Positions 32,149-47,057 of a stretch of 64,000 nucleotides of DNA are shown piece by piece. The DNA is taken from contig CM022679.1 in the NCBI GenBank assembly GCA_012295275.1, positions 26,164,001 through 26,228,000 of the forward strand. The letters are read 5' to 3'. The translations under genes and the position numbers were made by a program. The notes beneath the pieces were generated by a model that was not told the origin of the DNA, made no database searches, and saw nothing but the letters and a program-made list of their open reading frames with translations. Position 1 is the stretch's first letter; the number at the start of each line of letters is the position of its first letter. This stretch comes from Chrysomallon squamiferum. Taxonomy: Eukaryota > Animalia > Mollusca.

Positions 32149-32564
32149 CTCTCTTTCGTCTGTTTTATAATGTTTAGTTCAGTGTATTGTAGATCTAATT
32201 TAATTTATTATTATAATAATTTATCTTCTACTCATTATTTTATTTTATTTCGTTTTGTACTGTTTTGTTTTGTTTTGTTTTGTTTCATGCTGTTTTTATT
32301 TATTTTCTCAAGTATCAATGATACTTTTTCTTTTATTTAACTTTATTTATTTATTTATTTATTATCTGTCTATTTTATCCTACTCCATTTATTTTATTTT
32401 ATTTTATTTTATTTTATTTCAGTTATTTCATTTCGTTTTATTTTTGCTTTTTTATTTGTGTCAGTATACTTCTGTGATTATTTTTTTTATATTATTTCAT
32501 AATTTTTAAAAATGTTAACTTTTTACACATTTTTTCTCCAATTTATGTTTCTCATTAATTGTTT

Positions 32565-32621
32565 ATTATTATCATTGTTATTGTTATTATTATGATCGTT
32601 GCTGTTGTTGTTGTTGTTATT

Positions 32622-32653
<32 letters not shown>

Positions 32654-32965
32654 ATTATTATTATTATTATTATAATAATTATTATTATTATTTTATTACT
32701 ACTATTATTATTATTGTTATTATTAATTTTGTTATTATTATTATTGTTATTATTTTTTGCTGTTGTTGTTATTGTTATTATTATTGTTGTTATTGCTGTT
32801 GTTATTATTATGATTATTACTATTATTGTTATTGTTATTATTACTATTGTTATTGTTGTTATTGCTGTTATTATTATGATTATTACTATTATTGTTATTG
32901 TTATTACTATTATTATTGTTGTTATTGTTATTAATACTATTATAGTTGTTGTTGTTGTTGTTGCT
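32565..32965. repeat. Degenerate (TTA/TTG)n tract
   Basis: Read directly. Confidence 0.9.
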
Positions 32966-33259
32966 TCTTATGCTGGTGCACTTATGTTTCTTGTTGTTTA
33001 TAAAACTGATTTCTATATTTTTACTATCGCGTTCAGTAATACAGTTAACACTAATTAAAATTTCTCTATATTTATAAAACAAAAGTAACTAAATAAAACC
33101 ACCACAGTATCTTGCATATCTAACTAACTAACTAATTAACTAAATAAATAAATAAATAAATAAATGATCTGTTTTGTCTGTATTTTATTTATTTTTTATT
33201 TTAATATACTTTTTTATTTTAATTTATTTTTTAATATGTTTGTCATTTTAAACAAATTA

Positions 33260-33290
<31 letters not shown>

Positions 33291-35650
33291 TATGCACGCA
33301 CGCACGCACGCATATATATATATATATTAAACCGCAATTCCGTGTTTGCTAGTATTATCTTTGTTTTAAATTTATTTTTGATTTTTATTACAAATGATAA
33401 GATATTTAAAAGCGACAAGAGCTGTCAGACAGATAAAAGGAATTAACGAACGAAAGAATGAAAGAATGAATAAAATTAGCAAGGCAAGAATATCTAAAAA
33501 CAAAAATGAAACATAATAATAATAAGAAGAAGAAGAAGAAGAAGAAGAATGATAATGATCATGATTATAATAATAATAATAAAGTAAAAAAAATCTGTAA
33601 AATGTATTATTATTATTATTATTTTTGTTGTTATTATTATTGCTGTTGTTTGTTTTATTATTATTATTATTATTACTACTACTACTTCTACTACTACTAC
33701 AACTACTACTGTCGTTCTTTTTCTTTCTTATTTTTCAAAAGGAAACAAATAAAAAAAAATAAAAAAAAACAGATAAAGAAGCAATGAAAGAAAGAAATAT
33801 TTTATAACCTATAAATTCCCAACGTTTGCACACTCGAGTAAGAACTTGAAACGATTCCTCGTTTTACGAGTTTTACAACTCTCGGCTAACTCCGTTCCGT
33901 TCCGCTTGACCAACGTCATCTCGACCCTGTTCCAACGACCAAATCCATCACAAAATGTATTTTCTCTCTTCGTAATCAACCACGTTTGTGACGTTAACGT
34001 TTTCCCTCTTCTTCTGCAATTTATAGGTCTTCGTTTATATATAATCTTCATCAGACACGAAGCCAAGCGGACAATTTCATATAAATTTTTTGGTATATTT
34101 AGAGATTTTTTTTTTTTTTTGTTTTTTTTTTATTTGGTGCGGGGCTATTTTTTTTTTTTTTTTTTTTTTTTTTGTTATAATGGACGCTTGGTAATTGAGA
34201 TCGCTTCATTTGTCACAAAGCTAATTTTACAAGAGACGTCTATTTATCTGAAAGTAACTTTGATGTTGTTGAGTATTGATGTACGTCGATTAATTAGGTA
34301 ATGGTAAAAGAGAAGTGAAGATTTTGACCATTTTTGGAAATGTGTTTCGTTCTTTATAATTTTTCTTCTGTCTCATTTATTTTATTTTATTTTATTTTAT
34401 TTTATTTTATTTCATTTCATTTTATTTTATTTTATTTTATTTTATTTATTTATTTATGTAAAATATTTGTTTGTTAGGTAATTTATTTGTTGTTTTTTTT
34501 GTTTATTAATTAAATAATTTATTTATTTATTATTTTATTCGTTTTATTTATTTACTAGTGGTTTTGTTTATTTGTTTGTTTGTTTGCATTTATTTATATT
34601 GCTTTATTTTATTATATGTGGCAGTGTCTTTATTTCTTCTTCTTCTTTTTATTTTCTTACACTACTAATTAAGACATTTTATATATTTTTTTTTTTTCAG
34701 TTTGGGTTTTTAGTTGTTGTTGTTATTAAAAAGGAAGTATATATTTATGACTGACATACAGGGAATTTTTACCTTTTTTCCTTTACCAGTTTTGTTCTTT
34801 TTTCACTCTTTCTTTTTATTTTATTTCCTGACTTTTCTATAACTGGAGTGTGTTTTTTTTTAATTATTTGTTTGTAATCTTGTTTTTGTCTGTTAGCTAT
34901 TTATTCTCTTATTCATTTATTAATTAATTTATTTGTTTGTTTGTTTCCTTTTGAAATTAGTTAGTTTCGTTCAATAATCACATTTATTCTTATAATTTAC
35001 TCATTTTATTTTAAGGATTTCGCAAACATCTTCTTTTTATATGTTTCTTTACCTTTTCAATTATTTCGTTTATTCTGTCCGAAATAAGCCTCGAACTCAT
35101 ATAGACCTTTAAATCCATAAGCATAATCACATGTCAACAGTATATATATAAATAAATATATGATATATAATATTATGATAAACCTCAAAGTGCTGGGTAT
35201 TTCAGTGCAGTTTTTATATACAGTGTTAAATGAAAAACTAATGTATATGGTGAAGAAAATATTTTTCGTCTTAGTCATCTGGGATAACCATCACACAATG
35301 ATAAAAGATTTTTTTTTTTGTATTTATTATTCTTATAATACTTACTCTCACCTTATTTCTTTGACCTTCACATTCTTGCTAGGAGGGTTGTAATTTGTTT
35401 TCCCAAAAAAAATAATCATAATAATCAGGGCCGGTTCGGCCAAGTAGAATAGGGTGGTGTTCTTGAGCAAGCAGGGGTGTGTGTTTGTGCGTGTGTTTCT
35501 GTGCGTGTGTGCGTGTGTGTGTGTGCGTGTGTGTGTCTGAAAAGAGTATTCAGATAAGATGATAAAAAAGAAAGTTGTCGGGGAAAAATGATTTTTTTTT
35601 TTTTTTTTTTTCTGGAACTCCCCATCCTATCAGCATTAGGCGTGACCCTG

Positions 35651-35723
<73 letters not shown>

Positions 35724-35909
35724 TAAACAGTGTCGTTGCGATGTTAATGGGTTGGATTTGCAAGCGACAGTGGCGACGTCTGCTCGTTTGATTCGTCAAC
35801 TTCAAAAGAACTGGAATCAATTTACTTCTTACAGAAACCTTTGTTGTTTGACCAACGCAAAATAATCTTAATAAACATCATCTCGATAAAATAGGTGGGA
35901 GCCGCTTTA

Positions 35910-36110
35910 TTCACACATTCACACAAACACATACATACACACACTCACACACACACACAAACACACACACACACACACACACCTACATACACACACACAC
36001 TCACACACACAACATACACACACTCACACAAACACATACATACACACAAACACATACATACACACACTCACACACACAAACACACACACACATACATACA
36101 CACACATATA
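35910..36110. repeat. Degenerate (CA)n tract
   Basis: Read directly. Confidence 0.9.
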
Positions 36111-39100
36111 TGTATGTATTTTGTACACGTATTTCGACTATATTATGTACATATGACTGCGAGTACGTTTTGTATGTAAGCATGTGTACATGTGTGTGTG
36201 TGTATATATGTAAGTACATACGTACGTATATCTGAATTAAAAAAAAAAAAAAAAAAAAAAAACCATCATCCAGTCAGGTGAAAATGCAGGTAATTAAAAT
36301 TTTATTATTACTTTTTATTATCGTTACTTTATTTATTTTTTTTATTGTTCAGCCTATACAATGGTGCACAGATCCAGAAAAAATATTCATCAAGTAAGTT
36401 GTATGGCTGATAAAAAAAAAAAAAAAAAAATTTATAAAAAATTAAAAAAAACGAAGAAAGAAACTAAAGCCAATTGAATTATATCACCTTGCAAGCAATT
36501 CATTTTTAACTATTAAAAAAAAAAAAAAAATTAAAAAATCATAAGAAAGAAACTGACAACAACTGAATATGTCATTTTATTTTTAAACTATTAAAAAAAC
36601 ATCATAACAGGACGGAAAAAAATGAGAAAAAAGAAAAGAAAAAATAAAAGAAACACGAAGGAAAAGGATAACAACAACAACACAACAAAACATTAAACCC
36701 CCAAAAGACCAAAACAGAATCTTGAAACTTCTACTTGAACGGGTTTCAAAGATCTTATTTTGCGTCACACACAAAGAAAATCACCACGCAACATGCTGTC
36801 AACATTATCTACGTGTGTCAGTGTAAAGAGCGAGTAAAACATCTTCTACTCAGTTTTTTTCTGTTTTTTTTCTTCCCCACCTCCAACTGGCAGGCATCAC
36901 CTATCGAATTCATTCTGTATTAACACCGCAGCAAATGGGATCCCGGAATCCCCGCGAAGTGCCGTTGTCGACCGAATCTCTTTTAAAAACACGGCGACCC
37001 ATTATAAACAGTCTCTAATTTAATCTTGTTTTTCTCTGACGCCTTTCGTGTTGATGTTTTGGGAACTTTATGTCTCTTCCCCGCGGAGTCCCGAGCTTTA
37101 AATCATTTCTACAAATGACATTCAAATTCAATAAATCAAGGGAAACATTTTTTTTTTTTTTTGTTTCGCCGAGCGCCCGATGGTTGCGCTTCTTCAAAGG
37201 GGGTGACTAGTCCGGTAGATAATCCACCCGCTCATCACCTGCCGAGGTGAGGGTCTGTTCCTCGAGCTGGAGGACTGAGCCGAGGGTTTAAGTGATTAAT
37301 TACTGCTACAAATTAAAGCCATTGTCGAGAAGCGAGACCCCCGTTCCGTTCGGATGGACGTACGGTCGAGTTCAAAAGCAGGCGGTGCCTAAATTTTAAA
37401 TCCCAAAATCCTACGAGCACGTGGTAAGACGAAAGAAGGATCAAACTATTCGGGGGGTATTAAAAAAAAAAAAAAAATAAAAAAAAAAAAAAAAATTCGC
37501 TGTCATGTTATTAAAGTTTAATCTAAATCCTTTTCCCGAAGACCGATACACTTAAAAAACGATTTCGTCGGAAGATTATTCATTTTCATGTTAACGTTAA
37601 AGCGACAGAGAGCTCATTCTAAACAGACGAACACTTCTTTGACGTGTACGTATTCTTTCTCTGGAATTGATGACGGTCTGATTGAAATATGGACAGACGG
37701 AGGAACAGATAAGATAATTGATTCTTTGGATGCTTACTCAATTTAATTTTAACCAGCAGAAGATTAAAGCAATGTTTCTAAACAGGTGAACGTGCTTGAA
37801 CGTGAAAGTGATGGTCATATAGAAATAAAAATTAAAAAAGGGATCGGCTAGAAATTTTGACAGATTTGGCGATGGTCAGCTGGATACATGGTCAGTTATA
37901 AAATTAGGACAAAAGATATGGACACTTGACAACTGGTCTGTGATTGTAATCTGTTTCACAGTCTGTTAAAACGACTCATAATATTATTAGAGATAACTAA
38001 AAGATTTATTTTGAAAATATATTTATCGGATTTGTTTCATTCTGTAATAAATTTAGACAAATATTTAAAGTGAGAGACAAAATTTAAAAAAAGAAGGTTA
38101 AAGATGAAAATCTGATAAAAAGAGACAGTAGACCATACAGAAATAAGGTCAAATGGAATGGACATTGAATGGACATTGAAAAAGATGATAGATGGACAGT
38201 CAAACGGACAAAAAAGCAGATTAAAAATAAAACATAATCTGAAATTAGTTTCTGATTGTAAAAAATAATGTCTTTAACATCGCTTAACAAACACTAATAT
38301 TAACGATCTTTACGTACAGTTCGCCTGTTGATCTTATTGACAATAATTCCTGTAGCATCAATCTACTCTTACTGGCAGGGAAGTACATACCACTTCTTTT
38401 ATCAGATCATAACATAAACTTTTAATACAGAGCTTCTGAAGTGTTATCATTAACATTAACAACAGTTAGAGCCAGCATACAACAAACATTTGTCTTTACA
38501 CGATAACTACATTACATACGGAAACACGAACTACGAACGTAAAAATCGTAACGTCGATATCTTAATCGCAGAGGCCGATGACATTCTTCGTCAATTGTCG
38601 GAATATTATAATTAAACACGTGACTTTATTTACGAATGTCGTCGAGCTTCGCGACCACACAAAGAAAAAGCGCGTGTCCATTTTTCGTTTCGTTTTATAC
38701 TCAACTGAATACAGTTCTTTTTCTTTAAAAAAAAAAAAAAAAAAATTCATTTGCTGCTTCTTTTCTTCGCGTATTGCTTCTGTAATTAAACTCCAGACAT
38801 CCGTCTTTTTTAATGAAAGAATCTTATAAATTATAAGCAGCCACTGAAATGAATGAAACGAATAGCAGATGTCAATGAAAAAATATCAGCTATAAATTAT
38901 TAAATCTTGTCGACGCATGGCAGCATATTTCAAGCGTACCAAGTGAAAGTTTTTTTTTTGAATAAATGAAGGGTGAAAAAGAAAAAAAAAAGAATAAAAA
39001 AAGTTATATATAATAATAATAATAATTTAAAAAAAAAAAAAAAGGATTAAAAAAAAAAAAAAAGCGCAAGTTATATTTCATTTGGTCCGCGAAATGTCAT

Positions 39101-39330
39101 ATTTGTGTCAGGTTGTATAAAAATGCATGATGGTGAAAGATTTGATTCTGGTTAAGGTAAAAAACAATAATATTTGTTTCATTTTGTAATCGAAAACGTA
39201 TTCTCTCTGGTTTTTACTATATTTATTTATTATAATTAATTAATTAATTTTATTATTATTATTACTACAACTACTACTACTACTTCTACTACCACTACTA
39301 CTGTTGTTGTTCTTGTCGTTGTTATCGTTG

Positions 39331-39398
<68 letters not shown>

Positions 39399-39938
39399 GT
39401 TATTGTTATTATTACCAAACATATGGTACTTTTTCAAGATTTTTGCTTATGTTAACTGCTTATGCATATTTATAAAAATGATTGGTTATGCAGCAATATC
39501 GTATGTTTGAAGTCTGACAGGTCATAAGATCGATTCGCTTCGATGAACCGTTACGTTCGTTTTCGTTTGATCCGCTCCGTGAACTGAATAATAAACTACA
39601 CTTCCATGTTTAAACATTTGGAGCTGTTTTTATTTTTTTTTTTTTTCTGTTTTGTGTGTGTGTTATGTCAGAATATATGTATGTGTATGTATGTATACAT
39701 ATATGAATTTGCATTTATGAATGTTTATCTGTTTATCAGTGTGAATGTATATGTGTGAATATTTTTAAATGTATGAATTGGTATATGCATGTATGAATGT
39801 TCTTGTTTCTTTCTCTACTATTTACAATTGTTGTTGTTGTTGTTGTTCTTGTCGTCATGATTGTAATCATTATCTGTATTACTAAGCTTTACAAATAAAA
39901 CTCGATCCGAAATTTTAGTTGTTTTTTGCTTTTTTTTT

Positions 39939-39982
<44 letters not shown>

Positions 39983-40885
39983 CTTTCTTTCTTTATTTTC
40001 TTTTTCCTTTTTCTATTTTTACACCTAAGGATGATTGATAACAGACCTGTTAAATAAACACATTAATATTTCTTCAGTTTCTCTAATAAAATTTAATAGC
40101 CCGCTAGAGTGAAGTAAATAACCATGGTATTACAGTTTATTTGTGTAGCGATAATTTGGTAAATGAAGTCTTCTGTTATTAAACCTTAAATACCTTACAG
40201 GGTTTATCTGTACGGAAAACATTCAGTAAAACATCAAATTAAATGAGTACGTAGAAGGGAAAAATCAGAAAATGCTTCAGATTGGTTAGAATATATTCTT
40301 GTTATTTATACTTATTTGCCAAAAAGAAAATTAATTTGTTTTGTTTAATGATGACACTGGGGCTGTATTAACTGATTTACTCTGATTGGTTGCTAACTAT
40401 AAAAATTTCACATATTTATGACGATTTAGTCTTAAGACTAGATTAATTAATTTACTATCTTTGGCTCCTGAGCATAAAATTTTAAATATTTTAAAGTCTA
40501 TGAAGGAAATCTTTTGTAATTTTATGTTAGCAGTAAATAATCTGTTATATGTACCCTCCCATAAACAGCTAGGATATTGCAAACAGTTATAAAGCAATAC
40601 TAACTGGATCGGTAAATAGCCATAAACGTAAACAGTGAAGAACTGATAATTTTCTCTCAGTAGTTCTTCCCTTGTGTCTGTTCACTGTGTTTTAAATAAA
40701 AACAAATGATCTAAATTAAATTATTTTATTACCATAATTTGTTGCTGTTTTATTAGAAAGTCTTTTCTAGATCAAAATCTTGATTTATTATTTATAAGAA
40801 GAAAAAAGAAAAGAAAAAAAGGAGTTATAATATTTGTAATAGAAAAATAAACGAAAAAAAGAAGAATGCCATCTAGAAAAAAGAA

Positions 40886-40935
<50 letters not shown>

Positions 40936-40958
40936 TAAAATAATAAAAAAATATAATC

Positions 40959-41022
<64 letters not shown>

Positions 41023-41051
41023 TAAATAAGTAAATAAAAAATTAAACGATC

Positions 41052-41160
41052 AAGAAAGGAAGAAATCAGATGAGAAAGAAAGGAAGAAATGAGATGAGAG
41101 AAAAAGAAGAAATGAGATGAGAGAGAAAGAAGAAATCAGATGAGAAAGAAAGGAAGAAAT
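41052..41160. repeat. Purine-rich 23-24 bp minisatellite x4 (AAGAAATCAGATGAGAAAGAAAGG)
   Basis: Four tandem units read directly. Confidence 0.8.
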
Positions 41161-43184
41161 AAGGAATAAAGACAAATAACAAACTCACTAAAGTAAAAAA
41201 ATAATCTGAGAAACGTGCAGAAAAAACCCCCATTTATAAACACTTCCTAATCACAAAACTAACATTCATTTCAACTTGGTCTATCACGATTTTTTTTTTT
41301 TTTTAATTTTTTTTTACTTCTTCTAGAAGTATAAAGAAATGTATTAAAACTTTGTTGTAACGTTACTCAGAGAAACCTCTTTAATTATAACTGTATCTAT
41401 TAACGCATTACCAACCACAAACAGATCTCTTAATTTATTTCATTTTAACAGCTTAGAAAACACCGACGACAAATCCGAATTCCCTCCCTCTGTTGTCGAA
41501 TGAAAAAGATGATTGTGGGCCCTGAATTTTCCTCGCCACCATCCCAGCGTTCCTTTGACCATTTAATTTCACTTAATCATGTTTGTGGACGGCCATGCTG
41601 TTTTCCAACAAGTAAAATTCCCATTACTAAATCTGACAAATAATACGAATCGCTCGCTCCAAATAGGCAGCCCCGTCAGTCTCAGGGGAGAAAACTGTGG
41701 CAATATTTCATCTTGTGAAAACGGGAGAATCGTCTCTAGGATTAATCACTCAAGTCCAGAGAAGTAGTGTTCGTTGTTTTGTTTTTTAAGATTTTTTTTT
41801 TTTTTTTTTTTTTTGTTTTTTTTCCCCTTCTTCATCGTCTTCTCTTGGCCCTACAAGTTTTACGAACAGAATTGATTTGGTAATCTGTCCGCTGGGGCTT
41901 GACACATACATCATCCGACCTGACAAGGGTTATGGCGCGTCAGAACAAACGTAATGACTACTCCCCGTAGTTCTCTCGAAGGCAACGTTGCATCATGGGT
42001 ATCGTCTGCTCTCTCCATACAATAACTACTCCCCACCGTTTCTCCGAGATGCAAATTGCATCGGAGCTGCAAGTGTAATGCAATCACCGCTCCCCGCGGT
42101 TTCTCCGTGTCGCGAATTGCATCATGGGTACGTGACGCGTAACGCACGTAACAAACGATTCCCGCGGCTTAACTACGTAGGCATTTTTTGCCTCATTTGT
42201 GTTCTGACGTTTAATTCAAAAACTGAAGCTGAAATGCTGGGATATAGGTTGAGCATGACTAGACAGTTTTGTAATATTTAATAACGTAATTCAGTATGTG
42301 AATGAGAAAGAAAATAAAAAATCGGACGAAAATGATTGTCTTAATAAACATGAAATTTTGTCCTTTATTTTTACTTATTTATTTATTTATTTATGTATTT
42401 ATTATTTATGTATTTATTTATTATTATTATCAGTTTTATTATTGTTATTATTGTTGTTGTTGCTGGTGTTATTATTTTTATTATTATGATTTTTTTTTTC
42501 CATTTTACTCCAGCTTGAGTATACCACTACTACTACCGATATGGCTATTACAACAACTACTACTAATCTTTTACTACTTCTACTACAACCAGCATATTAA
42601 TACTCTCATTATGACACCAATGTAATGTAGTTCCCTTTATAGTTGCAATTAATACAAACCATCACAAATGGAAAAATAAATGAAAGAATTATAAAATGTC
42701 TGATTTTAATAGTCCGTGATTTATTATTAGTGATGTCATCAAACAAATGTTTGCTCTCTAATATCAAGTGTAGAAAACTAATAAATGGTTTTTAATGAAA
42801 TAATTAAACAAATGTTTGCCATCCTATAAAATCAACAACAGAAAATTAATCAGTATGTTCTGTTGGTGAATAAAACACGATTTTATTTTCATCATAGAGT
42901 AATATTATTTGTTTTTCGCTTATTTTTTTTTATGTAACCATTTGTCTCTCTAAATTTTTTTTTTATTATTAAATTGTTTTTATTATTATTTCTCTTTGTT
43001 TGCTCTACACTGAAATAACATCGTTAGTCAATGTAATCAGTTTGTTTAAATCTGTTATTTATTTATTTAATAATATTTATATAATAATAGAGAAAAGGAA
43101 CACGTAAAACGAAGGAATGTGGTGAATACGATAAGAGAGAAAAGAAAGGCAGAGATGAGAGAAAGAACGAACATGCATGTGTTT

Positions 43185-43676
<492 letters not shown>

Positions 43677-44287
43677 GAACATAAGTTAATCAAACGGCAA
43701 GACATAAATTCTAAAACAAAGCGTGATACACTTTTGGAAATAAATTTTTTTCTTTTCAGAGTTAAGGAAAAAAAAAAAACAAAAAAAAAAACAAAAAAAA
43801 AAAAAAAAAAAAAATCACCCATAAAAATAAATTCAACTTCTCACATCATGGTTGACTTAGAAAAACGTCACAGATGTGTCTGTCGAGGTGGAATAAATTT
43901 TCGTGTATCGTGCTCCAATCAATAATTCTATTGGCAGAACGACCCGGGCTTCGTTTTGTCAGAATTGCAGAAAGTCGAAACCTCCATTTCGCACTTGTTG
44001 TTAATAAATCAAAAGACAAAATGTGTTTGTCTTGTCGAGTTCCTTCTCTTTGCGCTTACAAGTGTAAAATTCTCAAACATAGCGATCACAAATGATAGGC
44101 ACGATGCGAAAACTTTATTACTTTTCGGAAAAAAACGGGTTCAGGCAGGTTTTTGCGATAGTTTTTTTTTTTTTTTTTAAGATATTCGGGGCTCATGTGG
44201 AATGTGTTATCATAATACACATTTAAAGTGGACTCAAACAGCGCCAGTTGTTGTGGTATGTAAACTGAGAAAAATAAAAAAATAAAA

Positions 44288-44318
<31 letters not shown>

Positions 44319-44558
44319 CAATTAAATGTTGTTGTAAATTTTACGATCGAAATATTTTGGTATTTATTGGTCGTTTGGTGTTTTAGTGTGTTTTTATTTA
44401 CTAAGTTTATTTCATTTATATTCTTTTATCTGTTGTTTTTTTTTTTTTTTTTTTTCTTTCTTTCATTAGTTTGCTTCTTGTCGAATTCAAGACCAGTTAA
44501 GACAATTGTAAATAATTTGAGATAAGACTGTAACGTTTTCAGTAAACTATTAAACAAA

Positions 44559-44593
<35 letters not shown>

Positions 44594-45158
44594 ATGAATA
44601 AACAAATAAATAAATAAATATATAAACAAATAAACAAATAAATATATAAATATATAAACAAATAAACAAACAAACAAACAAACAAATAAATAAACAAATA
44701 TTTAAATAAACAAAAAATAAACAAAAACATTAGATAAAATACTCAGCAAAAAGTTAGTTAGATACAGTGAAAACTACTGTATAAGTCTTTTTCAGATCTA
44801 GAGAAAACTAAGACGTACAAAAAATGTAAAGCGATGAGTCAGTCGCTGAAACTAAAAATGAAACAGTTTAAAAATTTACTACTGTTAAAATATACACAGG
44901 TGAATCCAGTTTGCACTCACTCTTAACCCGAAATTGTGTTTTTAATAGAAAATCCATACTCTTTGTTAAAAACAAAAACGCTGGAAACTATATTCATATA
45001 TATATATATGTATGTAAATGTTTGCTTATACAAACTGCATAAAAATAAATCTGAGAAGCGCTGATGATAAAACTGTAAACCTTTACATTTGTTTATTTGT
45101 TGTTCTTTCTTTATTTATTTCATTATTTATTTTTAAACTTATTAATGTTTATTTTACC

Positions 45159-45352
45159 ATTGGTCGTCATGCGCACAGCCACGAATTTATGAACGAATGC
45201 ACGAGCGAGCACCTTATTTCATTTTATTTTTTTAATAACGTTTTTCTTTCTTCTTTCCCCCTTTGATTATTCTGTTTTTCTTTCTTTCATATTTCAGTGT
45301 TGCAAACATCTGTTTTAGCATCTTACGTCTTGTCATGCTATTAAAAATATTT
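45159..45352 (+). repeat. Dispersed ~190 bp repeat, copy 2
   Basis: Same-orientation diverged copy of 19820-20010. Confidence 0.8.
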
Positions 45353-45687
45353 ATTTATTGTCAAAGGGTTAATATTACACTCACAAAGTACACATACAAA
45401 CACACATCTACGAACCGTTTTCTCATTGTTTTTAATTCATTCTTTTACATTACTTTGTTCTATTGATTAACAGACACATCATTTTAACGAGTGATTTAAA
45501 TCACGTGAGATCAGCTGAGGCTTTTTGCAAATAAAGCAGGACTCAGGCGTGATGGGTCACTCGATCAATTCCTCTCGGTTCCTCCTTTGGCAATTTCCCG
45601 ATCCAGACAGTTTGCAACCACATATACGTCGGATACCGTGTGAGCTGTGTATGAGAATGTGTGTATAAAAGATTGCTGCTAGTCTAA

Positions 45688-45750
<63 letters not shown>

Positions 45751-45955
45751 TTTTTTTTTTTTTTTTTAAATGGCCCACATCCTGTATTTGTAATTTAAAA
45801 CTACGTTAGGTTTGTCATTAAAAACAAAAAATTCGTTCACTTCTCCTGAATTAACAATTACTCTTCACATGCGTTAAATAGGCTTCTTTCTTCAAAATGT
45901 AATTTAGAAGCAAAACTTAATTGAAATTTTATTTTATTTAAATTAATTAATTAAT

Positions 45956-46015
<60 letters not shown>

Positions 46016-46295
46016 TTTTATTATTTATTTAATTTTATTTATTTATTTTTATTAATTTATTAATAAAATATTCAATAATAAACACTTTGGATCGCAATAT
46101 ATCAGTATTTAAATACGTTAATAACGTAAAGGAAGAGAAAAGAAGGGTAGTCTGTAGATTACTGTAATTCAAACAATGCTGTTAAAAATGTAAATTATAT
46201 AAGTTTATGTTATGAGTCCTTATTCATTATAAATATGAGCAAAAGAATAATAATTATTTTTAAAATAGAATAGTTTATTAAATATAATAATAAAA

Positions 46296-46326
<31 letters not shown>

Positions 46327-46424
46327 TAATAAAAATAATAATAAAAATAATAGTAATAATAATAATGATGATGATAATAATACTAATGTTATTTTTATTA
46401 TTATTATTATTAATATTATTATTA

Positions 46425-46519
<95 letters not shown>

Positions 46520-46977
46520 TTAATAAACTATTCTTTATTAAGAATTATAATAAATCATTTTAAAAGTAAAGAAACGAAAAAGGAAAAGACGAAAGTCAGA
46601 AGCTCCTTATTTGGAAAAAATATCAGAACTACATCTACCGTTCATATAATTTGAACATGTGAAAAGTCGTATAAACTGAAACACACACAGTTACCTGTAT
46701 TTAACTATATGAGATTAAAAAACAGTGACTGGCAGTTGGTTTTATATCTATGTTCATCGTGTTATGAAATATTTCATATGCAGTTTTATTTATTTCCACC
46801 TAAAATATAAAGTAATACGCAAGTGAAGCCACAGAAATTAAAACAAAAATTAATGTCATGTACCATGAATAGAAATTGATTAAAGGGAGATAACTCGGTG
46901 CAATCCAGTGTGTTCAGTATTTCTGGTTATCGTCCTTTTAAATAATAATAATTGTAGTAGTAGTAGTAGTAGTAGTA

Positions 46978-47057
<80 letters not shown>

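Noticed and set aside
41911-42281. GC-richer overlapping ORFs in the intergenic region
   Set aside because: No recognisable domain, no consistent splice chain; better explained as a non-coding island
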